This document shows positions 27,114-36,033 of a stretch of DNA of 48,712 nt, piece by piece. A program made the translations under genes and the position numbers. The number at the start of each line of letters is the position of its first letter. The stretch's first letter is position 1. The notes under the pieces are model-generated. The model was not told the DNA's origin, did not search any database, and saw nothing but the letters and a program-made list of their open reading frames with translations. The stretch comes from a virus, in the UHGV virus genome UHGV-1370921; one strand, written 5' to 3'.

Positions 27114-27853
27114 CTACTGAGAAGTCTTAACCAGTATTGAATCTCGGGTGTCCATTTTAACCACTCTGTAGAACCTTTGAACCCAGTTAACTTCGCCGAT
27201 TCAAATTCTTTATGAAACATTTGTTCAAATTCGGAAACTGTTTTTCCGTCTGCCACAATTGTCTCAACTAAGAAAAAATTGAAAGGTGTACTTTTGACCA
27301 ACTCTTTGATTCTTCTTTCCAAACAGTTTGTTATGCCGATTTTGATGAGTCCGCCGTTTTCGGAGCGCAGCGCATAAAGTGTCCCTTCCGCTGTTTTCTG
27401 ATAACCGAAACCCGCACACTTTGGGCACCGTGTCCCACTATAGATGAAATGCCTCACCTTTAAATCCCATTCCAAATCATGAAGTTCGCAGTAGCAAGTA
27501 AATAGACTGTCCGAATTTTCATAAACTCCCTTCCATTTTACAAAACGATATGGGCTATCTTTGCATAGTTCGACAATTTCTCTTCGCCTATCGTCTTCGG
27601 GTGTTCTTAGTCGAATGCTGGCCTTTTCTACCGCACACTTTTTACATCGTTTTCCAGACCATAGGAAACGGTGCACGGTGGTTATCCAATCACCATGTTT
27701 TTCGCAGTTACATTTGAATTTACTTTTGCAATTTTCATAATTATCCACCCAACCGTTGAAACTGTATTGAGTCCCTGCACACAATGAATTTATTTCATCG
27801 ATGACCGTGAATTCACTTCTTGCGAGTTTCATAATGGACCTTCTCCTGACCAA
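27110..27853 (-). CDS. homing endonuclease, T5orf172/GIY-YIG-like with two Zn-ribbon repeats (HEG2)
   Basis: C-terminus LYALRSENGGLIKIGITNCLERRIKELVKSTPFNFFLV...GFKGSTEWLKW. Repeats of the form CEKHGDW...GKRCKKCA. Confidence 0.7.
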   Translation of the reverse strand: MVRRRSIMKLARSEFTVIDEINSLCAGTQYSFNGWVDNYENCKSKFKCNCEKHGDWITTVHRFLWSGKRCKKCAVEKASIRLRTPEDDRRREIVELCKDSPYRFVKWKGVYENSDSLFTCYCELHDLEWDLKVRHFIYSGTRCPKCAGFGYQKTAEGTLYALRSENGGLIKIGITNCLERRIKELVKSTPFNFFLVETIVADGKTVSEFEQMFHKEFESAKLTGFKGSTEWLKWTPEIQYWLRLLSS

Positions 27854-28302
27854 AACCGGAAATCACCGCCCAGCCCGATAATGAGTGTCCCAAATGCAAG
27901 CTGTGCCTTTTCGTGTTCCGTACCTTTATACTTCCACCCGGCTTTTTTTACCTCACGCGCCACAAACTGACCAATGGTTGACCCGACCATATCAGGCGTG
28001 ATAACCACGGGGCGGATACCGATAAGGTCACTCGACTTGATACGTTTGTTCATCGCCGGTGAGTCGTTTGCGATACCGTAACGTACCGGTACACCCCGCT
28101 CATCCTTCAGTACCCCGACGTTATTGCGAAAAAGTCGCCAGCCCATCTTACTTGCCAGCAGTCGCGCTTCATCCTGCACACGCGCTTCGGGCGTATTTTT
28201 AGTTGAGCGTGGGACATCCAGTCCCACCATTGTCACAAGGTCAGCCAGCGCCTCAGCCGTGATACCATGCTTGCGTTGCCATTCGAGAAGTGTGGGGGTC
28301 AT
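27829..28302 (-). CDS. VRR-NUC-like PD-(D/E)xK nuclease
   Basis: SDLIGIRPVVIT...GQFVAREVK is a D...E-x-K pattern. 157 aa. Confidence 0.4.
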   Translation of the reverse strand: MTPTLLEWQRKHGITAEALADLVTMVGLDVPRSTKNTPEARVQDEARLLASKMGWRLFRNNVGVLKDERGVPVRYGIANDSPAMNKRIKSSDLIGIRPVVITPDMVGSTIGQFVAREVKKAGWKYKGTEHEKAQLAFGTLIIGLGGDFRFWSGEGPL

Positions 28303-28484
28303 TGAGACTTCTCCCGACGTAAAATTCTGCGACTCTGACGCAATAGAACAGTGTACGTAAATTTAGAAATTTCTTCCCAATATGTACCATCGTAATTTTC
28401 AATACCCCAATAATATTTGACATCTTCTTCTTTTACTTCTAAACCACCGTAGTAGTTACCAATATTCCCAATTGGTGTACTCAT
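28299..28484 (-). CDS. small hypothetical protein
   Basis: 61 aa, Tyr/Trp-rich. Confidence 0.3.
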   Translation of the reverse strand: MSTPIGNIGNYYGGLEVKEEDVKYYWGIENYDGTYWEEISKFTYTVLLRQSRRILRREKSQ

Positions 28485-31153
28485 GACCCAATCCTCTCTC
28501 TTAATTTATCCGCATCAGCCGCTTTGAGCGCCTGCGCCTCCAGCCATGACACACCGTATGTCAGATAGAACTTGCGAAATATTTCACTGTCGCTCAGACC
28601 TTCCGCACGGCGATACCCGGCCCACTCCGCTAATTTTAGGTCCAATTTGACGAGCGCGTCAAGACGGTTTTCATGTAATTTAACGTTTCTCTTCACAGCA
28701 TGAGGCGGTAAACCGTGACCAATCATCTTATCTCGGTACTGGTTGACATCCTCGCGTGCAGCAACAACTTCATTGCGCATTTGTGCCAGTACGTCCGGGT
28801 CAAGCTCGTACAAGTCACCGTCCACAAACTCCGGGCCACTACGTTGCGCAGGTTTAGGTACAGGCTCACCGCAGTCAGGACATGCGTCACGGAATCGTTC
28901 GTACACTGCCGCGCAAGCTGTACACACGCGCACCGTCGATGTTTCACTTTTACCTGTGCGACGCTCCCGGCGGTCAAGACTCCACTCACGCGGTGCATCC
29001 GGTAAACCGTGGCGCATGACGTTGCCCACATGGTCAATAATAATCGCGTGGGTTTTACCTGGTAACGGTCTGAGGGCGCGGCCAAACATTTGACTGTACA
29101 TACTGTACGATTCAGTTGGACGACCAAATGAAACAACCTCAATGCCGGGACAATCGAAGCCCTCGGTCAGAATTTCCGAGTTAACTAATTGTAATATCTC
29201 TTTATTTTTAAATTTTCGCACCGCTGCGAATCGTTCAAGGTCGGGAGTATTACAGCTTATTGCCGCCGCCGGGACACCTGCTTTATTATACTGTTCCGCG
29301 ATTTCCTCAGCACTTGCCACATCGACGGTGAATGTCACGCCTGATTTACCACGGGCAATTTTCAGATATTGAGCAACAACATCGCCAGTGATGGTTTTCT
29401 CATCGTGTGCCACCAGTGATGAACCGTTAACGACTTCGCGCATCTGGTTCAGGTTAAAGTCCCCCGTGGAATCGCTGACCTTAATTTGTTCACGTGAGAA
29501 ACTACTTGGAGGTGCAAAAATTTTGTAATCGGTCAGATACCCATCTCGTATGAGTTCCCCCATTGCCACGCCTTCGAACATTGTGTCAAACACGCCATCC
29601 GCGTTACTTCCCAGGCCGTTACCATCCGCACGACACGGCGTAGCTGTAACCCCCAGCCCGCGAGCATTGGGGAACATCTGTACAGCTTTACCCCATTTGT
29701 TATCTTTAAGCACATGGTGTGCCTCATCGATAACCCACAGACGAACAGACGGTAACCAGTTAGCAAGTTGCTCTCCACGCCGGATGATTGTGTCCACGCT
29801 GGCGACCGCGTGTTTACTTCCTGCGTCGTAAAATGTCTTACCCAGTTCATCCATGTGAATCTTCACACAGTTTTTCACGGTTTTATTCGAACCGACAATG
29901 CGGTGATAGATGCCGTTTTTGGCAAGCGTGAGACTCATCTGACTGACGAGTTCCTGGCGGTGTGCAATGGCACATGTCGCACCTTGTTCGGCAGCGATGA
30001 TGGACGAGAAAATTACCGTGTTATGCGTAACAGTGAAATCACCCAACATGAACAATCTGTCACCATCTATTTCAAATCCGTAATAATCGTCCACTTCAAG
30101 TGGTTCAACTTTAATTCCAGTGACTAAAACAGATTTCTTCTGTTTCCTTTCCGCGACATTGTCTTTGTGTCGATTGCGCACGAATGGTAAACCAGAGAAA
30201 TCACCGCTAATGGTCATGCGCCAGTAATCACCAGTAAACCCGTTTTGACAGCTTTTTTTACACGGTTTCATGTAGCACGCGAACCCGAGAGAGCGCGCGA
30301 TAAAAGTTAAATCGTCAGCGAGTTGCTTCACTTTCAGCGTCACTTCGAAATAACCTTTGGATAGATGCCCGTCACTATCTAGTAACCCTGCGAGAACTTG
30401 TTCTCGAACCCGACGAGAAGTGGTTTTATAAACCTCAGGGATATGTTTATTGAGATACAAATTGTATTTTCTTAACGCTGAAAGCATTGACCCCGTGTGC
30501 TTACCATCACGCGGTAAAAAGTAAGTCCACGCTTTGTTATCTGGTCGATTATGATATTTCCTGACCCTGTGTCCCGTCTCACTTGCGTAACTGTGGATAT
30601 ATTCGACTATTTCGTCGTCGGCTGTTGTTATTGCTGCTGCGTTGGAGTTTCCATCACCTAACCACAGACCTAACATGTACGGCGGTAAAATTGGGTCGAA
30701 ATCTTTCTCCTCCCAGTCAACAGGCGCTCTCCACCCTTTGTAAAGATGTTTCCAGTGTTTTCCTTTATTGAGGTAATCACGCACTGAGATGTTTTCTATC
30801 TCACCAGCGCGGTCATCCTTGCCGGTATTGGTGCGCTTTAAACTTAGGATGTGACTCTCATTGACAACATATGGGTCGCCTTTTACCGGTGTCACCCTGT
30901 ACATTTTCTCCCGCCCCCGTGCAAGCGACAACACGCGCCGAGGTTTACTGTCGGGTCCCATTAGCAACTCACCTTGCACAATATCTTCTACGGGTTTAAT
31001 CGAACCGTCATACATTAAAACGGGTGTACCTTTACCTAGACACTTCCCCCCGCCTGTAGCGAGTACCGCCAGGATTTTCCCTTGCGGCTTTTGTTGCCAG
31101 TAGTCATTCAGCTGACTAACCAATGTTTGCTGATATGGTCGTAACTGCATCAT
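28481..31153 (-). CDS. SF2 DEAH-box DNA helicase containing an intein
   Basis: The extein has Walker A LATGGGK|T split by the intein. Also DEAH (VIDEAHH), TAT (motif III) and QxxGRxxR (motif VI). The C-terminus has a CxxC...CxxC zinc ribbon. Confidence 0.8.
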   Translation of the reverse strand: MMQLRPYQQTLVSQLNDYWQQKPQGKILAVLATGGGKCLGKGTPVLMYDGSIKPVEDIVQGELLMGPDSKPRRVLSLARGREKMYRVTPVKGDPYVVNESHILSLKRTNTGKDDRAGEIENISVRDYLNKGKHWKHLYKGWRAPVDWEEKDFDPILPPYMLGLWLGDGNSNAAAITTADDEIVEYIHSYASETGHRVRKYHNRPDNKAWTYFLPRDGKHTGSMLSALRKYNLYLNKHIPEVYKTTSRRVREQVLAGLLDSDGHLSKGYFEVTLKVKQLADDLTFIARSLGFACYMKPCKKSCQNGFTGDYWRMTISGDFSGLPFVRNRHKDNVAERKQKKSVLVTGIKVEPLEVDDYYGFEIDGDRLFMLGDFTVTHNTVIFSSIIAAEQGATCAIAHRQELVSQMSLTLAKNGIYHRIVGSNKTVKNCVKIHMDELGKTFYDAGSKHAVASVDTIIRRGEQLANWLPSVRLWVIDEAHHVLKDNKWGKAVQMFPNARGLGVTATPCRADGNGLGSNADGVFDTMFEGVAMGELIRDGYLTDYKIFAPPSSFSREQIKVSDSTGDFNLNQMREVVNGSSLVAHDEKTITGDVVAQYLKIARGKSGVTFTVDVASAEEIAEQYNKAGVPAAAISCNTPDLERFAAVRKFKNKEILQLVNSEILTEGFDCPGIEVVSFGRPTESYSMYSQMFGRALRPLPGKTHAIIIDHVGNVMRHGLPDAPREWSLDRRERRTGKSETSTVRVCTACAAVYERFRDACPDCGEPVPKPAQRSGPEFVDGDLYELDPDVLAQMRNEVVAAREDVNQYRDKMIGHGLPPHAVKRNVKLHENRLDALVKLDLKLAEWAGYRRAEGLSDSEIFRKFYLTYGVSWLEAQALKAADADKLRERIGS
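30020..31042 (-). mobile_element. LAGLIDADG-type intein (341 aa) inserted in the helicase P-loop
   Basis: Starts with Cys1 (CLGKGTPVLMYDGS). Block B is NESH. Two LAGLIDADG motifs: LGLWLGDGN and LAGLLDSDGH. Ends ...FTVTHN with a +1 Thr that restores GGGKT. Confidence 0.8.
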
Positions 31154-31208
31154 GTTTTCCTCATCCTGTTGTAATAACCGCTCACATTACCAGAACCCGT
31201 TCCCATCT

Positions 31209-31379
31209 CTACATCTCCCACACTTTGCGCACGTGGTTCGACTCAACCATACGTGCCTTTCTGATTAGTTTACGTGCCACATACATCGGTATCTGCACAT
31301 CGTCGAGGAACCATTTGTCCTTCTTACTGACCGAGTTGTACCAGCCATAAGAAGGTCGGAGCAGTTGTTTAATTTTCAT
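31209..31379 (-). CDS. small hypothetical protein
   Basis: ATGA-coupled to the upstream small ORF. MKIKQLLRPSYGWYNSVSKKDKWF... Confidence 0.25.
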   Translation of the reverse strand: MKIKQLLRPSYGWYNSVSKKDKWFLDDVQIPMYVARKLIRKARMVESNHVRKVWEM

Positions 31380-31596
31380 GCAGCACCTCAACATGACACG
31401 CCTGCAATATAGCGCTCTCCAGTTCACCTGTTTTGTAATAGGGGTGTAATAAGTACCCGTGACGTTGACCATCAATCTCAATGATTGACCAGTCCGTACG
31501 AACACCACCCGGCACGGTGCGTACGGCTATAAAAGTACGGTCGCCACATTGATATTCGCGGTTATCACGGGTTATTTTTACGCATTTGATGCTCAT
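31369..31596 (-). CDS. small hypothetical protein
   Basis: ORF 31369-31632. Its first ATG overlaps a putative promoter -10, so the start at M13 (31596) is preferred. Confidence 0.3.
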   Translation of the reverse strand: MSIKCVKITRDNREYQCGDRTFIAVRTVPGGVRTDWSIIEIDGQRHGYLLHPYYKTGELESAILQACHVEVLHEN

Positions 31597-31673
31597 CTCT
31601 CTACTCTCCCCAACTATTGACGATAGCGTCATTGTGCATCACCACCCTCCCCGTGTCAAATTTAAAATTAGTG

Positions 31674-31702
31674 TTGACGAGTGCGTCAGACTGGTATAGA
31701 GT
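31674..31702 (+). promoter_or_regulatory. sigma70-like promoter TTGACGagtgCGTCAg-N-TAGAGT
   Basis: -35 at 31674-31679, 17-nt spacer, -10 at 31697-31702. RBS AGGAGGACAGAGAG, then ATG at 31736. A second TGACGatagCGTCA copy without a -10 lies at 31617-31631. Confidence 0.55.
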
Positions 31703-31735
31703 TCACCACATCGACAACAACAGGAGGACAGAGAG

Positions 31736-31948
31736 ATGGGCGCAAAAGTAAACGAATCGATACCTGCTGTAAAAGTCGAAAACGAATATTCACCGGGATT
31801 CCACACTTATGAAGAAGTGAAAATCGAATTCAACTCGGTGAGCGACATTCTGATTCTGTCCCAAAACGGAAACGAAATCACTATGGAAATGGGGCAGGTA
31901 TTTGACTTTCTGGAAGTCATGCTCCGTTTAAAAGATAAACTTAACTAA
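31736..31948 (+). CDS. hypothetical protein
   Basis: 70 aa, acidic. Confidence 0.4.
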   Translation: MGAKVNESIPAVKVENEYSPGFHTYEEVKIEFNSVSDILILSQNGNEITMEMGQVFDFLEVMLRLKDKLN

Positions 31949-31967
31949 CCGAACAGGAGTCCGAATA

Positions 31968-32885
31968 ATGACCAACCTTATCACCTTAACCATCCCGAAC
32001 GACGACCACATTGCATTGCGTGCGTTTGGTAAAGCACTGGAAGAAATGGCACTGGCGCACGGTGCTGAGCCGCGTAAGACCATCGGTGAACTGTCGTACA
32101 AATTGAACATTGACACTACTGACGCAACTGAGACGCTGGAGCGTCTCAATGACGCCACTGGTGAATTAATGCAAGCAGCGCCGCATATGCCGGATGAGTT
32201 GCGTTTCGAAGGTGAGGGACTACACGGTAAACGTAAAGAGCCAGAAGTCGATACCACCGCTCAACAGGTTGAGTCACTGGTCCCCCGTGACGGAAGAAGT
32301 ATTGAAGTAACTCGCGAAATGGTTGAATTGTGCATACCAGTTAAACCGGATATCGACCCACCCACCACCGACTCAACTGGTACACCGTGGGACGAGCGTA
32401 TCCACTCCACCAGCAAAGCGCTCAATGCGGACGGCACGTGGCGTCTGCGTCGTAAGCCGAAGGACATGGGTGAGGAGCAGTGGGCGGCATTTGTTGAGTC
32501 GATTAAAAATGAACTGATGGGTATCGACGCGCAAGACCTGAAAGAATTTGAAGAAAGTAAACAGGCAATTCTTGAACCACCCGTAACACCACCGGGCGAT
32601 GATTTCCACACTGATACCGGTGTGGTGACGGAGCAAACTGTTGCGGGTATTCCGCCAATTCCGGTACCGCCGCCGGTAGTTGTTGCACCACCTGTACCGG
32701 AAGTAACCGAGTGGGACTTCCCGCGCCTCATGACCTTCCTGACCGAGCGTCACGGTAAGATTGATGTGACAACTGTGAACACACTACTAGCGCAGGACGG
32801 TATGTCGTCGGTGCAGGAACTGAACGCCCACCCGGATAAAATTGGTCTGTTCGTGGCACGTGTTAAAGCGCATTTGGGGGAGTAA
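31968..32885 (+). CDS. hypothetical replication-module protein with Pro-rich linker
   Basis: 305 aa. Contains DSTGTPWDERIHSTSK, a peptide shared with ORF 38840-39424. Pro-rich PPVTPPGDD...IPPIPVPPPVVVAPPVP linker. Confidence 0.4.
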   Translation: MTNLITLTIPNDDHIALRAFGKALEEMALAHGAEPRKTIGELSYKLNIDTTDATETLERLNDATGELMQAAPHMPDELRFEGEGLHGKRKEPEVDTTAQQVESLVPRDGRSIEVTREMVELCIPVKPDIDPPTTDSTGTPWDERIHSTSKALNADGTWRLRRKPKDMGEEQWAAFVESIKNELMGIDAQDLKEFEESKQAILEPPVTPPGDDFHTDTGVVTEQTVAGIPPIPVPPPVVVAPPVPEVTEWDFPRLMTFLTERHGKIDVTTVNTLLAQDGMSSVQELNAHPDKIGLFVARVKAHLGE

Positions 32886-32890
32886 CAATA

Positions 32891-33658
32891 ATGCCTGCGA
32901 AACTGACCACCGACAAATTGATTGACAAATTCATAAAAATACACGGTAAGCGGTATGACTATTCTAAGGTCGTGTATGTCAACCAGTGGCAACGGGTGAT
33001 TATAAAATGCAGGCAACACGGTGAATTCACGCAAACGCCTAACCAACATTCAAGAGGGGCGAACTGTCCCTCTTGCTCAATAATCACAGCATCGAGAAGT
33101 AGAACCGGTGAATTTGACAGATGGGTCGCTAAATGTAATGCCGTACATAATTTCAAATATTCTTATAACCACTCTGGAAAATTTAAATCTACCCGAATGG
33201 TGGACATACGTTGCCCTGAACATGGTCGTTTCTTACAGGTAGCATATGACCATGTCAGAGGGGCGGGTTGTCCGATGTGTTCCGATTCCGGATTCAACAG
33301 GTTGGCGTTAGGTTATCTTTATGTGCTGATATCCAATGACCTACGATTTTTCAAAGTGGGTATAACTGGAAACATACCTAAAAGGTTAAGAAGATTGTCG
33401 TACAATACCCCGTTTCACTTTCATCTCATATCTTCTTACCAGTCAACGGGTAAAAGTGTTGAGGAAATGGAAAGGTCAATCCACGCTCGTTTTAAATCTG
33501 CCGGAATGGAAGGTTTCGACGGCGCTACAGAATGGTTGAAAACAAATAACCAAATAGAGGAAGTGCTTCATGAATTATCCGAAAGTAAGTGCATCAAACC
33601 AGTGGATGAGGTGTCACGGGTCGTTCAATGCCCAAAATATATATCCTCCGATCACTAA
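32891..33658 (+). CDS. homing endonuclease, T5orf172/GIY-YIG-like with two Zn-ribbon repeats (HEG3)
   Basis: C-terminus LYVLISNDLRFFKVGITGNIPKRLRRLSYNTPFHFHL...GFDGATEWLK. Repeats of the form CRQHGEF...GANCPSC. Confidence 0.7.
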   Translation: MPAKLTTDKLIDKFIKIHGKRYDYSKVVYVNQWQRVIIKCRQHGEFTQTPNQHSRGANCPSCSIITASRSRTGEFDRWVAKCNAVHNFKYSYNHSGKFKSTRMVDIRCPEHGRFLQVAYDHVRGAGCPMCSDSGFNRLALGYLYVLISNDLRFFKVGITGNIPKRLRRLSYNTPFHFHLISSYQSTGKSVEEMERSIHARFKSAGMEGFDGATEWLKTNNQIEEVLHELSESKCIKPVDEVSRVVQCPKYISSDH

Positions 33659-34691
33659 CGAATTATCTCAATCGAGATTAGAGGGCAGAACATGTCACGA
33701 AATCGTTCAGAAGTTGTTTAAGAATGAACCATTTAGTGACCTCATTGGCTCAGTATCGAAAGAAGGGATTGTGATCACTGATGAATTATTCGATGCCGCC
33801 AGAGAAGTTTTCAATGTGATATGGGGCGAGTGTAACAGATTAAACAAATTACAATCTTTAAAAATTGAACAACCTTGTAATGTTCCCGGATATGATGGAT
33901 GGGTATGCATACCCGACGCATGGTTTTATGATAAAAGCTCCAATACTTTACATGTTTACGACGCTAAATTCGGTCATCGCATTGTTGACCCGTTTGAAAA
34001 CTGGCAGTTGTTAATTGAAGCATTCAGCATTTGCGAACAGTTTCAGTCGCCGCCGGACATTATTGAACTGGTTATTGTACAACCCCGTGGATTCACCAGT
34101 GACGGTACGGTGCGCAAATGGGCGCTCACATACGATGAACTGTGCGTGTACCGGCAGCAGGTGAACGAGACGATGCCCCGCGTACTGGACGCCGTCCCAC
34201 TGTGTATACCAGGACCACACTGTCTCGACTGTAGCGCACGTGCACACTGTGACACGCTGAAGCAACAAAGTTACGCAGGTATTGACTACGTGACATCGCT
34301 GCAGACACACAATCTGTCCGGTCATGCACTGGGTGTTGAACTGCGACTTCTGCAGCGTGCACAGGAGATGATTAAAATGCGTCTCAGTGGTCTGGAGGAA
34401 CAAGCGCTACACGAGATTAAACAGGGACAACACGTGACATTCTACAGCGCTAAAACCACATACGGTCGTAAGCGTTGGAAGAAAGATGTCCCGGTTGACC
34501 AGGTGATTATGATGGGGGATTTACTCGGTCAGAATTTGCGTAAACCGCAGGAACTGGACACGCCTGCACAGTGTGTCAAAAAAGGTATCGACCCGTCCAT
34601 TATTGAGCAGTACGCCGAAACACCTGTCACGGGTGTCAAGCTGGAACAGGTCGACGAACGTGCAATTAAAAATGTATTTTCCCGAAAATAA
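33570..34691 (+). CDS. Cas4/RecB-like PD-(D/E)xK exonuclease with 4-Cys cluster
   Basis: GWVCIPDAWFYD...LHVYDAKFG carries the D/E...D-x-K motifs. C-x5-C-x2-C-x5-C (LCIPGPHCLDCSARAHC) is an Fe-S-type cluster. The 5' end overlaps the HEG3 3' end by 89 nt. Confidence 0.5.
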   Translation: MNYPKVSASNQWMRCHGSFNAQNIYPPITNELSQSRLEGRTCHEIVQKLFKNEPFSDLIGSVSKEGIVITDELFDAAREVFNVIWGECNRLNKLQSLKIEQPCNVPGYDGWVCIPDAWFYDKSSNTLHVYDAKFGHRIVDPFENWQLLIEAFSICEQFQSPPDIIELVIVQPRGFTSDGTVRKWALTYDELCVYRQQVNETMPRVLDAVPLCIPGPHCLDCSARAHCDTLKQQSYAGIDYVTSLQTHNLSGHALGVELRLLQRAQEMIKMRLSGLEEQALHEIKQGQHVTFYSAKTTYGRKRWKKDVPVDQVIMMGDLLGQNLRKPQELDTPAQCVKKGIDPSIIEQYAETPVTGVKLEQVDERAIKNVFSRK

Positions 34692-34694
34692 TTA

Positions 34695-34723
34695 TTGACG
34701 CACCCGTCAAACTAACGTAGTAT
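34695..34723 (+). promoter_or_regulatory. sigma70-like promoter TTGACGcaccCGTCAA-N-TAGTAT
   Basis: -35 at 34695-34700, 17-nt spacer, -10 at 34718-34723. Followed by a 7-bp 5'UTR hairpin GGGAGACagagGGTCTCCC at 34733-34752. Confidence 0.55.
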
Positions 34724-34777
34724 TCAAATCACCGGGAGACAGAGGGTCTCCCACACTTAGCAGAGAGGATTTACAAG

Positions 34778-35590
34778 ATGGCTCAATTTACTTTCGTTAC
34801 CCCTGTTGCTCGCCTGATTCACGGTCACCCGCTGAAACAAAATGTACGCACCGATGATGTTACAAAGCAACCGGTTATCGGTAAAGATGGTCAGCCGGTT
34901 AAAGAAATTTATATCGGTATCGCAATTCCTAAAACTGGTGAAACAGACTGGAAAGATACCGAATGGGGTAAACAAATCGTAATGGCGGCACTGGACGCTG
35001 AAAACGGTTATGATGCTGGCACTACTCGCCGCGCTGACTTCTCATGGAAAGTAGTTGATGGTGACAGCGACATCCCGAACAAAGCCGGTCATGCACCGAA
35101 CAGCGACCCGCACAAACGCGGCCACTGGGTCTTGCACCTGAACACCCGCATTCCGTACAACTGTTATCATGTCGGCAAATATAACCCGCTCGATGCGATT
35201 CAGGACGTAAATGCTATTAAACTCGGCGATTACGTTCGTGTGAATATCGTGGCGAAAGGTAATAAGCCGTCCAAAACTCCGGGTGTGTATCTGAACCCGA
35301 ATCTGCTCGAACTGTCACGTGTGGGTGAAGCAATTATTCGTGAAGGTAGCGGTCCGGATGCTGCAAGTGTGTTCGGTGGTAGTGCACCGGCGCAGGTAGC
35401 ACCAACCCCGGCCCCAGCTGCTCCGGCCCCAGCAACACCTCCGCCAGCAACTGACCTGCTGGTAACACCGCCGACGGTTGTTGAAGAGAAGTACAGCTAC
35501 AACGGCACGGTGTATACCAAAGCACAACTGCTCGGTATGCCCGGGTGGAGCGAAGAGTTAATCGCACAACACTGTCAGAAAGTAGCATAA
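34778..35590 (+). CDS. putative ssDNA-binding protein
   Basis: 270 aa: a globular N-terminal domain, then a Pro/Ala-rich linker (PTPAPAAPAPATPPPA) and a C-terminal tail, SSB-like in architecture. Strong promoter, RBS and downstream terminator indicate high expression. Confidence 0.35.
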   Translation: MAQFTFVTPVARLIHGHPLKQNVRTDDVTKQPVIGKDGQPVKEIYIGIAIPKTGETDWKDTEWGKQIVMAALDAENGYDAGTTRRADFSWKVVDGDSDIPNKAGHAPNSDPHKRGHWVLHLNTRIPYNCYHVGKYNPLDAIQDVNAIKLGDYVRVNIVAKGNKPSKTPGVYLNPNLLELSRVGEAIIREGSGPDAASVFGGSAPAQVAPTPAPAAPAPATPPPATDLLVTPPTVVEEKYSYNGTVYTKAQLLGMPGWSEELIAQHCQKVA

Positions 35591-35597
35591 TCACAAC

Positions 35598-35624
35598 GCC
35601 CCGGTGTGAGCCGGGGTAATTTAA
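35598..35624 (+). terminator. putative intrinsic terminator
   Basis: CCCCGGtgtgagCCGGGG followed by TAATTTAA, a weak U-tract. Confidence 0.35.
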
Positions 35625-35636
35625 CAGAGGAAACCG

Positions 35637-35888
35637 ATGATGATGAGATTAACAGCGCGACAAAATGCAATAATTGAAGAAATACAGCGGGATAGAAATG
35701 CCGCCGAAGCTACTTTAAATATAGCATTGAAACACCATCACAATGTGGTTGTTGAACTGGATAAACGAAATTCGGAGTTGTGGTCTGAATTGGCGGAAAT
35801 CCACAATTTGGACTTATCGGAGACGATCTATCAAACGAAAACCATCGATGGGATAGTTCAAATCGTGCCGAAAGAGGAATCCAAATGA
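35637..35888 (+). CDS. hypothetical protein
   Basis: 83-aa helical protein. Confidence 0.4.
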   Translation: MMMRLTARQNAIIEEIQRDRNAAEATLNIALKHHHNVVVELDKRNSELWSELAEIHNLDLSETIYQTKTIDGIVQIVPKEESK

Positions 35889-36033
35889 CCGAACAAGACC
35901 AACGACTGAAACAGTTTGATGAAAAGTTAGCCGAACTGGAAAAGGCTATTAAACAGGTGCAGGAACAACGTCGGGAATATATCAACCAGAATGGGTTAAA
36001 TAAAACAAATGATGTGGAGTATACACGGGGATG
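35885..36033 (+). CDS. small coiled-coil protein (49 aa)
   Basis: ATGA overlap with the upstream gene. MTEQDQRLKQFDEKLAELEKAIKQVQEQRREY... Confidence 0.3.

Noticed and set aside
28715-29142. Several 96-139-aa ORFs on both strands inside the helicase gene
   Set aside because: They lie entirely within a helicase gene that has a full motif set. Their Arg/Cys/Thr-rich sequences are shadow-ORF-like.
31617-31631. TTGACGatagCGTCAt as another promoter of the family
   Set aside because: No acceptable -10 at 16-18 nt spacing on the plus strand. It overlaps the start of a minus-strand ORF and may be an operator-only copy or a decayed promoter.
32261-32753. 156- and 126-aa minus-strand ORFs antisense to the Pro-rich gene 31968-32885
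   Set aside because: These are antisense shadows of a GC-rich, Pro-codon-rich segment. No promoter or RBS.
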